DNA of 64,000 bases, from NCBI GenBank assembly GCA_963803145.1, contig CAWDLW010000017.1, forward strand, positions 32,001-96,000. The letters are read 5' to 3'. Source of the DNA: Methanotrichaceae archaeon (GTDB taxonomy: Archaea > Halobacteriota > Methanosarcinia > Methanotrichales > Methanotrichaceae). The notes beneath the pieces were generated by a model. It did no database searches and was not told the origin of the DNA. It saw only the letters and a list, made by a program, of their open reading frames with translations. Positions 1 through 10,798 of this stretch are shown here, piece by piece. The first letter of the stretch is position 1; each line of letters opens with the position of its first letter. Made by a program: the position numbers and the translations under genes.

Positions 1-512
1 TGAAGCTTCCGGGCACTGCGACGCAGGAGGAAAATATCCATATCGCCTTGGGGAAGATGAATATCCAGGAGGGAAATGTATTCCTGGATATCGGCTGCGG
101 CTCAGGAGCAGTCTCGCTCGCAGCCTCGCACTTCACTAATAGGATCTATGGCATAGATATTAGGGCCGAAGCTGTTGAATCATCGAAGTCGCTTGTGCCT
201 TCAGGATTCTTTTTCAATGGAGAGGCATCACAGATAATTCCTGATCTGCCGACTGTGGATAGATGCTTCATCGGCGGGACGAGAGATATAGAAAAATTCT
301 TTCCGGCTTTGATAAATAAGGCGGCGCCAGGATGCATAATTGTTGCAGATATTGCGAGGATCGGCATGGCTTCAAAGGTCGCTAAACTGATGAAAGATCA
401 AGGGATATTTTATGAGCTCTTGCATATACAGATCGCCCGCGGCTATGATCTTGCAGGGGACATCGCCCTGCGGCCTATAAACCCGATATTCATGGTGGCG
501 GGAAGATGTTGA
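1..512 (+). CDS. cbiT: Cobalt-precorrin-6B C15-methyltransferase; 5' end at window edge
   Basis: SAM motif FLDIGCGSGAVS, FIGG, C-terminal NPIF. Frame is open back to (A)TG AAG CTT at the window start (KLPGTATQEE). First gene of the cbi operon. Confidence 0.85.
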   Translation, partial: KLPGTATQEENIHIALGKMNIQEGNVFLDIGCGSGAVSLAASHFTNRIYGIDIRAEAVESSKSLVPSGFFFNGEASQIIPDLPTVDRCFIGGTRDIEKFFPALINKAAPGCIIVADIARIGMASKVAKLMKDQGIFYELLHIQIARGYDLAGDIALRPINPIFMVAGRC

Positions 513-1111
513 TCGGCATCAGCCTTGGGCCCGGTGACCCGGGGCTTTTAACCTTCAAAGCTGCAGATGCAATGAAGAGCAGCATCAAGGTTTTTGTGCC
601 AGGAGAGATGGCCGCAGAGCTTGCAAAGCCGTATTGCTTGCCGGAAGTTCTTGATTTCCCGATGATAGAGGATGCTATAAAGCTGGAGGAGATATGGTCA
701 AGGAACGCCGACATCGTGGCATCCTATGCTGAAAAGGGTCCAACTGGGTTCGCATGTATCGGCGATGTCAATACATTCTCTACATTCAGCCATCTCAAAA
801 GGGTTGTAAAGCAAAGGCATCCCGGGATTGAGGTTGAAACTATACCTGGAGTTGGAATTGTGCCTGCCCTAGCATCGCGATTTGATGCAGCCCTGGATGG
901 ATCATTCGAGGTCTCAGACGGATCTGAGGTCGCATCAGTTATCAGGATGAAGGCAACAAGGCCAAGAAGGATTGCCGATGAGCTAAGAGAGCGCGGCTTC
1001 AACGAGTTCGTGCTCGGCGTAAAGCTCTGCACCCCGGATGAAAGGATAATATACGACGATATGCCTGAAAGAAGCGATTATTTCAGCGTTCTTTTAGCTC
1101 GGAGGCGGTAG
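506..1111 (+). CDS. cbiL: Cobalt-factor II C20-methyltransferase
   Basis: [30 protein letters not shown] tetrapyrrole methylase motifs; operon position. Confidence 0.85.
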   Translation: MLIGISLGPGDPGLLTFKAADAMKSSIKVFVPGEMAAELAKPYCLPEVLDFPMIEDAIKLEEIWSRNADIVASYAEKGPTGFACIGDVNTFSTFSHLKRVVKQRHPGIEVETIPGVGIVPALASRFDAALDGSFEVSDGSEVASVIRMKATRPRRIADELRERGFNEFVLGVKLCTPDERIIYDDMPERSDYFSVLLARRR

Positions 1112-1112
1112 T

Positions 1113-1823
1113 ATGAAGGTCTATTTTGTGGGCGCAGGTCCTGGGGACCCTGAGCTTATCACAGTCAAAGGGAGAAGGCTGATTGAGGAGGCCGACCTTG
1201 TAGTTTACACAGGCTCGCTGATAAATTCCGATCTTCTAAAGGGCCTTAAGGCCGAGCTTGTGGATAGCAGCAACCTATCCCTTGAGACTACTACCGCTAA
1301 GATTATTGAGGCTCTCAAATCAGACAAAAAAGTTGTGAGGCTTCACAGCGGCGACCCATCGCTCTATGGAGCGATCCTTGAGCAGATGAAGCCGCTTGAG
1401 GATGCTCATGTAGAAGTTGAGGTTGTCCCTGGAGTCTCATCCCTCTTTGCGGCATCGGCTGCACTGAAGACGCAGCTTACTCTTAAAGGCGTATCAGAAT
1501 CACTAGTAGTGACAAGGCCGGCAGGCACGACACTTGAAAAGGATGAGATCGCATCGCTCTCGAGGCACAGAAGTACAATGGCAATATTTCTGGGCATAGA
1601 TAAGATAAGAGAGGTCATCGGCTCCTTGGATTTGCCAAGCAATACGCCTGCCGCCGTAGTCTACCATGCTTCATGGCCAGATCAGAAGGTTTTGATCGGC
1701 ACTCTGGAGGATATTGCTGATAAAGTTGAGGCTGCAGGCATCAGCCGCAGCGCTTTGATACTCATCGGAGGAGTAGTAAAGCGATCGGGCTTCAGGAGGT
1801 CGCATCTATACAGAGATCGGTAG
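1113..1823 (+). CDS. cbiF: Cobalt-precorrin-4 C11-methyltransferase
   Basis: [41 protein letters not shown]. Confidence 0.93.
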   Translation: MKVYFVGAGPGDPELITVKGRRLIEEADLVVYTGSLINSDLLKGLKAELVDSSNLSLETTTAKIIEALKSDKKVVRLHSGDPSLYGAILEQMKPLEDAHVEVEVVPGVSSLFAASAALKTQLTLKGVSESLVVTRPAGTTLEKDEIASLSRHRSTMAIFLGIDKIREVIGSLDLPSNTPAAVVYHASWPDQKVLIGTLEDIADKVEAAGISRSALILIGGVVKRSGFRRSHLYRDR

Positions 1824-2686
1824 CTGTTCTCGTCTTCCCTAGAGATCTAGATAAAGGGGAAAGGATTGCACAGGCTTTAGCCGAAAGCTACAATCCAGCA
1901 GTTGTAATCTACGGTGATAACATCGAAGAGATGCTGAAGAGCTTCGACCTGGTAGTAGCAGTAATGGCAGCCGGCATAATTGTAAGAAAACTCTACGGCC
2001 ATATGAAGAGCAAATGGGAGGATACGCCAGTTGTTGCAGTCAGCTCCTCTCTGAGCTGCGCTGTTCCTATAATTGGCGGACACCATGGGGCAAATGAGCT
2101 GGCCCTTTTTTTGGCCGACCGATTGAGTATGTTTCCAGCAATCACAACTGCGACAGAGGCATCTGGCAGGCAGAGCCTTGAAGGCGTGGCCAAGGTCTTG
2201 AACGCAGAAATCATTAACCGCGAATCCTCAAAGGATGTCAACCTTGCGTTTCTAAGAGAGGATGTGCCTGTAATAAGGCTGAAGGGCCCTAAAGTGGTAG
2301 TAGTAGATGACGACGTGGCGGTTTTGAAGTCTAAAGGACTGGTTGTTGGTTTGGGCGCAAGGAGGGGCATCGGGTCTGGGGAGGTGCTTGATGCCATAGA
2401 TTCTGCCCTGAAAACGTCCGGCAGAAGAAGGGAAGAAATAGGGATCATAGCTACAGCATGGCTCAAGAAGGATGAGAAGGGAATATCGGATGCTGCTACA
2501 GCCCTCGGAAGAGATGTAGTCTATCTCCCAGAGTGTGTGCTGAATTCCCAAGAGCCAACAACGCCATCACGTGCAAACGATCTCGGTCTTTCAGGTGTGG
2601 CAGAGTCGGCTGTATTGGCAATTGCAAAAAGACTCATCATGCCTAAAAAGGTCTACGGGAGGGTAACGGTTGCCCTCGGAGAATAA
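1808..2686 (+). CDS. cbiG: Cobalt-precorrin-5A hydrolase; probable ATA start at 1808 (track ATG at 1931)
   Basis: [42 protein letters not shown]. Frame is open upstream to ATA 1808, 7 nt after AGGAGGT (1794-1800). Confidence 0.88.
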   Translation: MQRSVAVLVFPRDLDKGERIAQALAESYNPAVVIYGDNIEEMLKSFDLVVAVMAAGIIVRKLYGHMKSKWEDTPVVAVSSSLSCAVPIIGGHHGANELALFLADRLSMFPAITTATEASGRQSLEGVAKVLNAEIINRESSKDVNLAFLREDVPVIRLKGPKVVVVDDDVAVLKSKGLVVGLGARRGIGSGEVLDAIDSALKTSGRRREEIGIIATAWLKKDEKGISDAATALGRDVVYLPECVLNSQEPTTPSRANDLGLSGVAESAVLAIAKRLIMPKKVYGRVTVALGE

Positions 2687-4079
2687 GCTTTCAATCATCG
2701 GCATAGGTCCTGGCAAGCGCCGACGGATGACATTTCAAGCTGTCGATGCCATAAAAAAATCAAAATTCATTGTGGGCTATAGGCCCTATCTTGAGCTGAT
2801 CGGCGATCTGCTGGATGGGAAGGAAGTAATCTCAAGCAGCATGGGAAAAGAGGTAGACAGGGCCAAAGTTGCCGTAAGCCTTGTCGATGAAGGCCCTGTG
2901 GCGCTTGTAAGCAGCGGAGATCCAAATATCTATGGCATGGCTGGGCTGGGGCTTGAGATCGCATCAAGGAGTATGAGCCTAGATAGAACAGAGATCGTTC
3001 CAGGGGTCACTTCATTTACTGCCGCTTCCTGCGCTGCAGGCATCATCTTTAGAAAATCAGTCGCAGTAATCAGCCTGAGCGATCTCCTCACACCCTGGTC
3101 TAGCATCGAGCGCCGCCTTAGACTTGCTTCAGAGCTAGGCATGCCTATTGCGCTTTACAACCCCAAGAGCCACAGGCGCGAATGGCAGTTGAATAAAGCC
3201 CTGGAGATATACGGCAGAGACACTGTTGCGCTTATCGCAAAAAATGTTGGCCGCGATGGCGAGGAGATCCTATGGACAAAGGCCGGAGACCTGTTGGAAA
3301 AGGATGATCTCAAAGATAATATCGATATGTTCACACTTGTCATTCTCTGCGGCAATTCTGTGAGCTGCGGCAGTGCGACACGTGAATCCAGGATCAACAT
3401 AGTAGGCATAGGTCCAGGCAGCTCCAACATGATCACGCTAGAAGTCGAAGAGCTATTGGCAAACTCGGGGAAAATCTTCGGGCCTGAGAGATATCTCCAA
3501 TCCGTCAGAGGCATCTCGAAAGGAGATGAGGTTACCCATCAGGGATCATGTGCCGAAAGGATGGCCATGCGATTTAAGGAGGCTAAAGCAGCCTACGATA
3601 AGGGAATTGCATCATCAATTTTGACAGGGGGCGATCCCAGCATCTTCAGCTCAGCCTGGAGAGTCCTAGAGGATGCCCAAGGCATTGGTGTACATATCGC
3701 CTCAGGTGTGAGCGCCTTTTCTGCCGTTGCTGCTAGGGCTGGTGCACCTCTAGTAAATGATTTCATCCTTCTCTCAGGGCCTAACGATCCTATGCAAATT
3801 GCAGCGCTTGCTAATGCAGGTTTTGGAATAGCGATCTACAACGTCCAGGGAGCTGAAATCGAGTCGATTTTGCAAGGGATTGATCCAAATAGGCCATGTG
3901 TTCTTGCGAGGGATGCGGCGCGAAGCGGCGAGGAGATCATAGTATTAACCGCGAGCGATCTTATGGCGTCCAAACCCAGCGGTTTCAGGTTCACCCTCCT
4001 GATAGCATCCGAGAATTCCTATATAAAAGATGGAAAAATAATAACACGAAGAGGCTATGAGACCAGGTACAGCTATTGA
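2670..4079 (+). CDS. cbiH: Cobalt-factor III C17-methyltransferase with two tandem methylase domains
   Basis: Two GIGPG motifs, SSGDPNIYGMAG, ISLSDLLTPW, LYNPKS, second GGDPSIF, C-terminal ITRRGY. Confidence 0.88.
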   Translation: MPSENKLSIIGIGPGKRRRMTFQAVDAIKKSKFIVGYRPYLELIGDLLDGKEVISSSMGKEVDRAKVAVSLVDEGPVALVSSGDPNIYGMAGLGLEIASRSMSLDRTEIVPGVTSFTAASCAAGIIFRKSVAVISLSDLLTPWSSIERRLRLASELGMPIALYNPKSHRREWQLNKALEIYGRDTVALIAKNVGRDGEEILWTKAGDLLEKDDLKDNIDMFTLVILCGNSVSCGSATRESRINIVGIGPGSSNMITLEVEELLANSGKIFGPERYLQSVRGISKGDEVTHQGSCAERMAMRFKEAKAAYDKGIASSILTGGDPSIFSSAWRVLEDAQGIGVHIASGVSAFSAVAARAGAPLVNDFILLSGPNDPMQIAALANAGFGIAIYNVQGAEIESILQGIDPNRPCVLARDAARSGEEIIVLTASDLMASKPSGFRFTLLIASENSYIKDGKIITRRGYETRYSY

Positions 4080-4723
4080 AGCGTGAGATGATGGATGAGA
4101 AATACACAGATATCGGCGCGACTACTGAGGAGGCCATGGAGATCAGCAGAAAGAGCAGAGGCTACATCTCTGGAATCGTGGGCGATTCATCTCAGGAGGA
4201 TAGAATCAGACAGCGGTGTGTTATCGCCACAGGCGACCTGAGCGTTGCTGAGATACTAAGATTTATGCTAGACCCTGTTCAGGCCGGCCTGAAAGCCCTC
4301 GAAAAAGAGGCTCCGATCTATGCAGACATAAAGATGGTGGAGGCAGGCGTAATCAAAAAAATACATAAAAGCGCCATTAAGACCTTCTTAGGAAGCGGCG
4401 ACGATCTGGCCCACACACGAGGGATCACGCGAACATCTGCTGGGGTTCTGGCATTACAGAGTGAGCTTTCGGGCTCAATAATAGTAATAGGGAATGCTCC
4501 CTCAGCCCTTCTTACGCTCTGCGATCTTATGGAGTCCGGCAAGGTAATGCCTGCATTAGTAATAGGCGTTCCAGTAGGCTTCGTAAATGCAGCCGAAAGC
4601 AAAGAGAAGCTAAGGGGGATAGCTGTGCCCTCAATATCCACAGTAGGCACTCGGGGCGGAACTCCAATAGCAGTTGCCGCCATGAATGAGATCATAAATA
4701 TCTACGCCAATATGAGATCATAA
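4076..4723 (+). CDS. cbiC: Cobalt-precorrin-8 methylmutase
   Basis: ITRTSAG, IGNAPSAL, GVPVGFVNAAESKE, GTRGGTPIA. Confidence 0.93.
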   Translation: MKREMMDEKYTDIGATTEEAMEISRKSRGYISGIVGDSSQEDRIRQRCVIATGDLSVAEILRFMLDPVQAGLKALEKEAPIYADIKMVEAGVIKKIHKSAIKTFLGSGDDLAHTRGITRTSAGVLALQSELSGSIIVIGNAPSALLTLCDLMESGKVMPALVIGVPVGFVNAAESKEKLRGIAVPSISTVGTRGGTPIAVAAMNEIINIYANMRS

Positions 4724-4729
4724 ATTTCC

Positions 4730-5734
4730 ATGCCGATTATTGATCCTGTTACGGGCTTCGAGATTCCTGACCTCTGGATATCAGATGCCGAACCTGGTGC
4801 TCTGGAAAAGATAAGAAGCGGACTATGGGTTCTTCTATCTGATGGAAGAATGCTACGACGAGGGACTACGACAGGAACAACTGCCGCCGCTGCTTGTAAG
4901 GGCGCGATCCTATCTCTTATGAAGGATGTAAAAGAGGTGGATGTGATGACGCCAGCTGGAATCAGGGTATCTATGCCCGTGAATGCAAGCAGAGGCATAT
5001 GTTCTGTCTTCAAGGAGGGCGGTGATCACCAGCTCGATGTCACCAGCGGTATAGAGATTATTGCAGTAGCGAGCCCTTCAGAGAAAACCGAGCTGGTAGC
5101 AGGAAAAGGAGTAGGCAGGATTTCAGGGAGAGGGCTCTGTGCACCCATTGGTCATGCCGCTATAAGCCAATCTGCCAGAAAGCAGATTATGGAGGCTACT
5201 ATCGAAGGATTAGTCTGCACGGGATTGAAAGGCGTTAAGGTCGAGCTAGGCGTGCCAAAGGGCGTTGAGGTTGCTCTGAAAACACTTAATCCTAAGCTCG
5301 GAATTAAGGGAGGAATATCTATCCTCGGATCAACCGGCTTTGTCGAGCCCTGGAATGAGCATTTGGTTGAAAGCCGGGCTGAAGAACTAAAGGGCATAGA
5401 AAAGGTTCTGGCGACCACTGGAAGGACTGGACTAAAGTATAGCAGAATCCTGTTTCCGGAGCATAAAGCTGTTCTCATTGGCAGTCAGCTCCATCATCTC
5501 GAGTTTGTTAAGGATCAGGACAGCATATTATGTGGGCTGCCTGCACTGATATTGAAATGGGCCTGGCCCGATGTGCTTGAGGGAACAGGATATAATACAA
5601 TAACGGAGATGATTGAGAGAGAACCCGAACATCTGAACATCTCGATTGCTCTCCAAAAAACCAAAGCTAAACTTCCATTCACAAGAATAGTCCTTCTTCA
5701 AAGGGATGGAAAAATCTTCAGGGATGTCAGATGA
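4730..5734 (+). CDS. cbiD: Cobalt-precorrin-5B C1-methyltransferase
   Basis: LRRGTTTGTTAAAA, KEGGD..DVT, TLNPKLGIKGGISILGSTGFVEPW. Confidence 0.93.
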   Translation: MPIIDPVTGFEIPDLWISDAEPGALEKIRSGLWVLLSDGRMLRRGTTTGTTAAAACKGAILSLMKDVKEVDVMTPAGIRVSMPVNASRGICSVFKEGGDHQLDVTSGIEIIAVASPSEKTELVAGKGVGRISGRGLCAPIGHAAISQSARKQIMEATIEGLVCTGLKGVKVELGVPKGVEVALKTLNPKLGIKGGISILGSTGFVEPWNEHLVESRAEELKGIEKVLATTGRTGLKYSRILFPEHKAVLIGSQLHHLEFVKDQDSILCGLPALILKWAWPDVLEGTGYNTITEMIEREPEHLNISIALQKTKAKLPFTRIVLLQRDGKIFRDVR

Positions 5735-6297
5735 TAATAGTAGGAGTGGGCGCGGGCCCCGGGATGCTTACCCTGGAGGCGATAAAATCTATCAATGAGG
5801 CTAAGCTGATCTATGGGTCCGAGAGATCGATAGACCTGGCCAGGGAGCATATAGATCCTTCCTGCTCAGTAAAAATTATAGAAGACTATAAGAAACTCAG
5901 TGAGCTTCCCGATGAGGCAGTTGTTCTTTCTACTGGCGATCCAATGCTCAGCGGTCTCGGGCATTTGAAAGGGATGGTAATCCCCGGCATATCCAGCATG
6001 CAGGTTGCCTGCGCTCGCCTGAAAGTTAGCCAGCTAAAAGTTGTACCTATAACCATACACGGCAGAAGCATGGATCCAGAGGCCATTGCCTCTTGCTTAC
6101 GTAATGGCAGGGATGTGTTTCTCCTAGCCGATGACTCTGCTGATATCGAGGGCCTTTGCAGCTACCTCGAAAGCCAGGGCATCTCAAGGGATGTTGCTAT
6201 ACTTACAGATCTCGGGTATCCCGAGGAAAAGATTATTCTGGGGAAGACTTCCGCGCCACCGAAGGCAACAGGCCTCTACAGTATCATGATCTTCTAA
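5731..6297 (+). CDS. cbiE: Cobalt-precorrin-7 C5-methyltransferase
   Basis: VGVGAGPG, LSTGDPMLSGLG, IPGISSMQ, HGR, LGYPEE. Confidence 0.9.
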   Translation: MIIVGVGAGPGMLTLEAIKSINEAKLIYGSERSIDLAREHIDPSCSVKIIEDYKKLSELPDEAVVLSTGDPMLSGLGHLKGMVIPGISSMQVACARLKVSQLKVVPITIHGRSMDPEAIASCLRNGRDVFLLADDSADIEGLCSYLESQGISRDVAILTDLGYPEEKIILGKTSAPPKATGLYSIMIF

Positions 6298-6338
6298 TTA
6301 ATGTCTTCTAAGCCAGGGTCTTCTAAATCATGGTTCCT

Positions 6339-7142
6339 CTAAGGATTGCACGCCTTGCAGGGTTGATATCCTTGCTTTTGTGCCTCCTCGGCATTTGCAA
6401 AGTAGACCTTATTTTCAGGCTTAATCTTTATCGCATAGGAACAATCTGGTCGGTGATATTTTTTGGAAGTTTTGCTTCCTACAAGCCCTCCTACCACGCC
6501 ACTTGAACCAGTTAGGATCTCCGACAAACTGCTTTGTGAGCTGGAGCTGGACTCTTGGACCTGAGTCAAATTATTTGAAGGGGCCTGCTTGGACAAATAA
6601 CCTTTCAGGCTCTCATCAGAAATGACATGAGGTTCTTTTTCACCCAGGGATACGAATACATATTGAACCCCCTGACCTTTATTTGATGCTTCAAACTCGC
6701 CGATGCACCTCCTTGTTCCAGATTCGATGAATCCTTCCGGGCCTGAGATCTCTAAGGTACAGTTATAGGTACCTTGAGGGATCTTTTTGTTCTTAGATAT
6801 CTCAAAATGCTGATCTTTAGTGGGCTCTATATCCATCATCATATACCTTATATCATCAATCCTTTGGCTACCATTCTGAAGTTCGGCATCTATCATAAGA
6901 TAGGGCAGAGAGGCATTGCTCCAGAGTACAATGTCACCCTCTGTTCTAAAAAGATCTTCACTAACCTCTGAGGTGAAATCGATATCTAAACGGCTGGTGC
7001 TGCTTTTCTCCACAGCCAGCTGCGGAGTGCTGCCCATCATGTTGGTTCCGCTCTCTATGCAGCCCATAATGCATAATAGAATTAGAATAAGCGGGAATAG
7101 ACCTAAATACTTGCCACACTTTCTAAAATATCTAAGAGACAA
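6339..7142 (-). CDS. Putative lipoprotein with C-terminal Ada-like metal-binding domain
   Basis: Hydrophobic N-terminus with lipobox-like MGC; Ser-rich linker; GSKTSKKYHRPDC...F...EEA...GYQPCKACNP. Confidence 0.75.
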   Translation of the reverse strand: MSLRYFRKCGKYLGLFPLILILLCIMGCIESGTNMMGSTPQLAVEKSSTSRLDIDFTSEVSEDLFRTEGDIVLWSNASLPYLMIDAELQNGSQRIDDIRYMMMDIEPTKDQHFEISKNKKIPQGTYNCTLEISGPEGFIESGTRRCIGEFEASNKGQGVQYVFVSLGEKEPHVISDESLKGYLSKQAPSNNLTQVQESSSSSQSSLSEILTGSSGVVGGLVGSKTSKKYHRPDCSYAIKIKPENKVYFANAEEAQKQGYQPCKACNP

Positions 7143-7150
7143 TTGGTCAA

Positions 7151-7170
7151 CCCCTTTATTTCCAGTGGAA
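7151..7170 (-). promoter_or_regulatory. Origin recognition box (ORB), reverse orientation
   Basis: Minus strand reads TTCCACTGGAAATAAAGGGG, matching the archaeal ORB consensus with G-string. Confidence 0.7.
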
Positions 7171-7200
7171 CATTTGGGTCAGCATCAACCAAACTCAGCC

Positions 7201-7647
7201 TTACCTTTCCATAGATCGCAGTGCTTTCAAAGCTGCCTCTATGCAATCGAATTGCTTCCTTAGCTTATCCAGATCCTGCTCCCTATCGATGCCGCTTGCC
7301 AATTCCTTCAGCTTGCGAAGAATGGCTTTCCTGAGAGCCGCCTCCTCGACACTAAGCCCTTCTTGTGCCGATGTATCTATATCAGATCTAGCCTTGTCTA
7401 TAGAAGACTCTTCTGTTGGCATTTTCTCTTCTTGAGCGACCTTGCCTTGGTCAGACCCAGAAGATTCATCTTTCATTCCTTTTGCTGTGTCTTCGGCCGC
7501 GCCCCCTTCCCCAAAGGAACACACAGGACATACTACCTGGCCCCTATACCTGAACAGCGGCGCACCGCAACTGTGATGAGTAGCAAGCATTGTGCCCCCC
7601 TGCTCTAGCAGTCTCGTTATCCTTTTCAGCATCTCCTCTTCATCCAT
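7201..7647 (-). CDS. UPF0148 / Sjogren autoantigen-1 family zinc-ribbon protein
   Basis: LLEQGGTMLATHHSCGAPLFRYRGQVVCPVC; start likely MDEEEM at 7647. Confidence 0.85.
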   Translation of the reverse strand: MDEEEMLKRITRLLEQGGTMLATHHSCGAPLFRYRGQVVCPVCSFGEGGAAEDTAKGMKDESSGSDQGKVAQEEKMPTEESSIDKARSDIDTSAQEGLSVEEAALRKAILRKLKELASGIDREQDLDKLRKQFDCIEAALKALRSMER

Positions 7648-7792
7648 GCCTATCACCGATATAGCCACTTTATGAGTTTAGTTATCTTAATCGTTTAATT
7701 ACCATATACGTTTAAATACAACAACTATAACATCACTTCTCAACTAGAACGGATACCATCATTAACCTTTTTCCCTTAGTAAAGGTGATTCC

Positions 7793-8053
7793 ATGACAGC
7801 TGAGGAAACTATTAAGCAATGCGTCGAAGCCTTAGAACGCATTATGAGCGACGATGCCGTCCCACGGAACATCAGACGCTCTGCAGAGAACGTTAAAGCC
7901 ATTCTCCAGGATAAAAGTACGAACGAGGCGATCAAGGCTGCATCTGCCATATCTGTACTTGATGAAATAAGCAATGATCCAAATATACCTCTTCATACAA
8001 GAACTCTTATCTGGAACGTAGCAAGCCAGCTTGAAACAATACCAGTAGGATAA
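7793..8053 (+). CDS. UPF0147 family archaeal protein
   Basis: [10 protein letters not shown]...[26 protein letters not shown]. Confidence 0.9.
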   Translation: MTAEETIKQCVEALERIMSDDAVPRNIRRSAENVKAILQDKSTNEAIKAASAISVLDEISNDPNIPLHTRTLIWNVASQLETIPVG

Positions 8054-8914
8054 GCTATAGTCAGATTCTTATCGGTGTCAAAGCCGCTCTACATCATAAT
8101 CGATTATCTAGATGCCATAAAATGTAACCGCTAGGATCGAGCTGAGAGCCAATTCCGATTTTATAGACTGAAGGCTGAGAGGGGGACCGCATAATTTCCA
8201 CTGGAATCCAAACAGGTCTGGCTATCGGCACTTCGCCAAGACCAAATATAGCATGGTATGACTTCATAGGATTATATACGAGATAGCCAACAGAGACCTT
8301 ATTTATACATGCCTAGCATAAACAGAGCATTTAAGCACTTTCAGACATATCAAAAATTTTTACAGAATCTTCGGCATACGCGTTTGAAGCTTATATCTAG
8401 AAACTCAAATATAAAGCAATGCTCACCGAAGTAGAACGCACTTAGAACGGATGCATATTGGTCAGCAATCTTTGCACACTTCAGCCTTAGCACGCTTTAA
8501 TTAAAGAATCGGGCCTTTTATGTAAATTAGAGTATAAACCACGAGAAATGTGATCCTAAAGCTCTATCTCTTAATGCATAAGAAGCGTTAGCATATGACG
8601 TATCATCGCGAACGGATATACCGATAGCCAGAATTATCCTAAAGCGAGGATAAAATAAGCAAAATATCTTGCCACTTTGGCGCATATGTTATTCAAAATT
8701 AATCAGCCCCATGGAAAGATTTAAGTATAATTGATTGTATACACTTAAATGACTAAATTTATTTTCATAATCAATCAAGCTAAAAGACAAATTTATTTCA
8801 TCTCCATTAGAAACAATGGGGGGGGTGGGTAGCGTTTCCATTGGAAATGGAGGAATGTCACGATAACTCTTAATACAACCTTAACCCAAGGAAAAATGTT
8901 CGAGGGGAATTATC
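8054..8914. other. Probable chromosomal replication origin (oriC)
   Basis: ~860-bp gene-free, partly AT-rich gap before cdc6. Contains TTCCACTGGAA (8196-8206), TCCATTAGAAACAATGGGGGGGG (8803-8825) and TTCCATTGGAAATGGAGG (8836-8853). Confidence 0.8.
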
Positions 8915-10135
8915 GTGACTACATCGGGAGGGTTATTTGCCGATCTATTGGCTCAGGGGGGCATATTTCAGAATAGAGATGTCTTGAGGCCGACATATAC
9001 ACCCAGTGAGTTGCCTCATAGAGAGGAACAGATAAACAGTTTGGCTTCTGTTTTAGTGCCAGCTTTGAGGGGAGAAACTCCTTCGAACGTTCTTATTTAT
9101 GGTAAAACTGGAACAGGCAAAACAGCCGTCGCCAAATATGTAGGCAAGGAGCTAGAGGAAGCAGGCTTTGGTATCAAGTGCTCTGTGATCTATATCAACT
9201 GCGAGATAGTCGATACCCAATATAGGATCCTGGCACATCTTGCAAGGCATTTCGATAAGGAGATACCTATGACCGGCTGGCCGACAGATCAGGTCTATGC
9301 CGAGTTCAGGAATTCATTAGATGACGAAAAACGTGTGGTAGTCATCATGCTCGATGAGGTTGACAAGCTGGTCAAGAAAGGAGATGATGTGCTCTACAAT
9401 CTCTCTAGAGTGAACTCCGACCTGTTGCGTTCCAGAGTCAGCCTTATAGGCATATCAAACGACTTGAAGTTCACTGAGTTTCTTGATCCCAGGGTTAAGA
9501 GTTCTCTTGGGGAAGATGAGATCATATTTCCTCCATACAATGCTGAACAAATTAAGGATATACTTGGGCAAAGGGCAAAGCTGGCCTTCAAGCCTGGGGT
9601 TCTTGAGGAGGATGTTATACCCTTATGCTCTGCTCTTGCAGCACAAGAGCATGGTGATGCACGGAGAGCATTGGATTTGCTCAGGATCTCAGGGGAGCTG
9701 GCTGAGAGAGCACGCAGCGTCATAGTATCTGAGGATCATGTTCGCTCTGCCAGAGAGAAGATCGAGCAGGATCGTGTAGATGAAGTGATTAAGACTCTTC
9801 CAACACAGTCAAAGCTAGTGCTATACAGCATAGTGCTTCTTGAGGAGCAGGGGATAAGGAATATTACAACCAGCGCCGTCTATAATATGTATAAGCAGCT
9901 CTGCCCTATGCTGGAGACGGATTATCTGACTCATAGAAGGATAACCGATCTTATAGCCGAATTAGATATGCTGGGCATACTTCATACAATAGTTGTAAGC
10001 AAAGGAAGGTATGGAAGGACAAAGGAGATCAGCTTGAGCATCTATCCCGGAAAGCTTAAGGCTACATTGCTTCAGGATTATCGCCTAAAAGCCTTGAGCG
10101 ATGTTAACGTACCTGTTCAATCAAGGTTCGGCTAG
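8915..10135 (+). CDS. cdc6: Orc1/Cdc6 replication initiator
   Basis: LPHREEQI, Walker A GKTGTGKT, Walker B LDEVD, RVKSSL, HGDARRALDLLR, wH SKGRYGRT. Confidence 0.97.
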   Translation: MTTSGGLFADLLAQGGIFQNRDVLRPTYTPSELPHREEQINSLASVLVPALRGETPSNVLIYGKTGTGKTAVAKYVGKELEEAGFGIKCSVIYINCEIVDTQYRILAHLARHFDKEIPMTGWPTDQVYAEFRNSLDDEKRVVVIMLDEVDKLVKKGDDVLYNLSRVNSDLLRSRVSLIGISNDLKFTEFLDPRVKSSLGEDEIIFPPYNAEQIKDILGQRAKLAFKPGVLEEDVIPLCSALAAQEHGDARRALDLLRISGELAERARSVIVSEDHVRSAREKIEQDRVDEVIKTLPTQSKLVLYSIVLLEEQGIRNITTSAVYNMYKQLCPMLETDYLTHRRITDLIAELDMLGILHTIVVSKGRYGRTKEISLSIYPGKLKATLLQDYRLKALSDVNVPVQSRFG

Positions 10136-10366
10136 CAAATTTTTATATTTGATGCGTCCAGGATTCAGTTCTGTTGGATTTGGGTAATAGCCCGATAAAA
10201 CCAATAGTCATCTCAAATATCATAGCACCACAGGACTCAACGGAAACTGTGTTCTCTATCCCAGGGACAAAATAGGTAAAGACAGATCTGTAAATCTGCC
10301 TTTATTGCTCTTTCCCTCTAATAGAGTTTCATGAGATAGTAAAAGGTTTATTTGCCAATTGAAAGT

Positions 10367-10798
10367 TTAACTCACACTTATGCGCTTTTTGGTAGTTACT
10401 ATCTCTTTGGGCAGAGTAATTTTAAGAACGCCATTATCTATCTTCGCATTAGCTTCTTCCGCCTTTACTGCGACAGGCAGGGGAATCAATCGTTCGAATC
10501 TGTTATAGTTACGTTCACGTTTATGATAGCCCTTCTCTGATTCCTCTCTTCCCTCCTTTCGCATAGCGACAATGCGCAGCTCGTTATCTAGGACAGAGAT
10601 ATCTACGTCCTCTTTATCGATGCCAGGCAGATCTAGGGTGACAATGACAGCATCATCTGTCTCCTTGACATCTGCTGGAGGTATCTTAACATCTCCTCCT
10701 AAGTTTGCTGGGAACCAATTAGTTATTCCCAGATGTTCCATGAGTTTATTTATCCCATTCTGCAACTGTTGCAGATCGTCTGAAATCGGCCCTGCCAT
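10367..10798 (-). CDS. Small heat-shock protein Hsp20
   Basis: DLPGIDKEDVDI, ERNYNRFERLIPLP, AKIDNGVLKITLPK. Confidence 0.93.
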   Translation of the reverse strand: MAGPISDDLQQLQNGINKLMEHLGITNWFPANLGGDVKIPPADVKETDDAVIVTLDLPGIDKEDVDISVLDNELRIVAMRKEGREESEKGYHKRERNYNRFERLIPLPVAVKAEEANAKIDNGVLKITLPKEIVTTKKRISVS

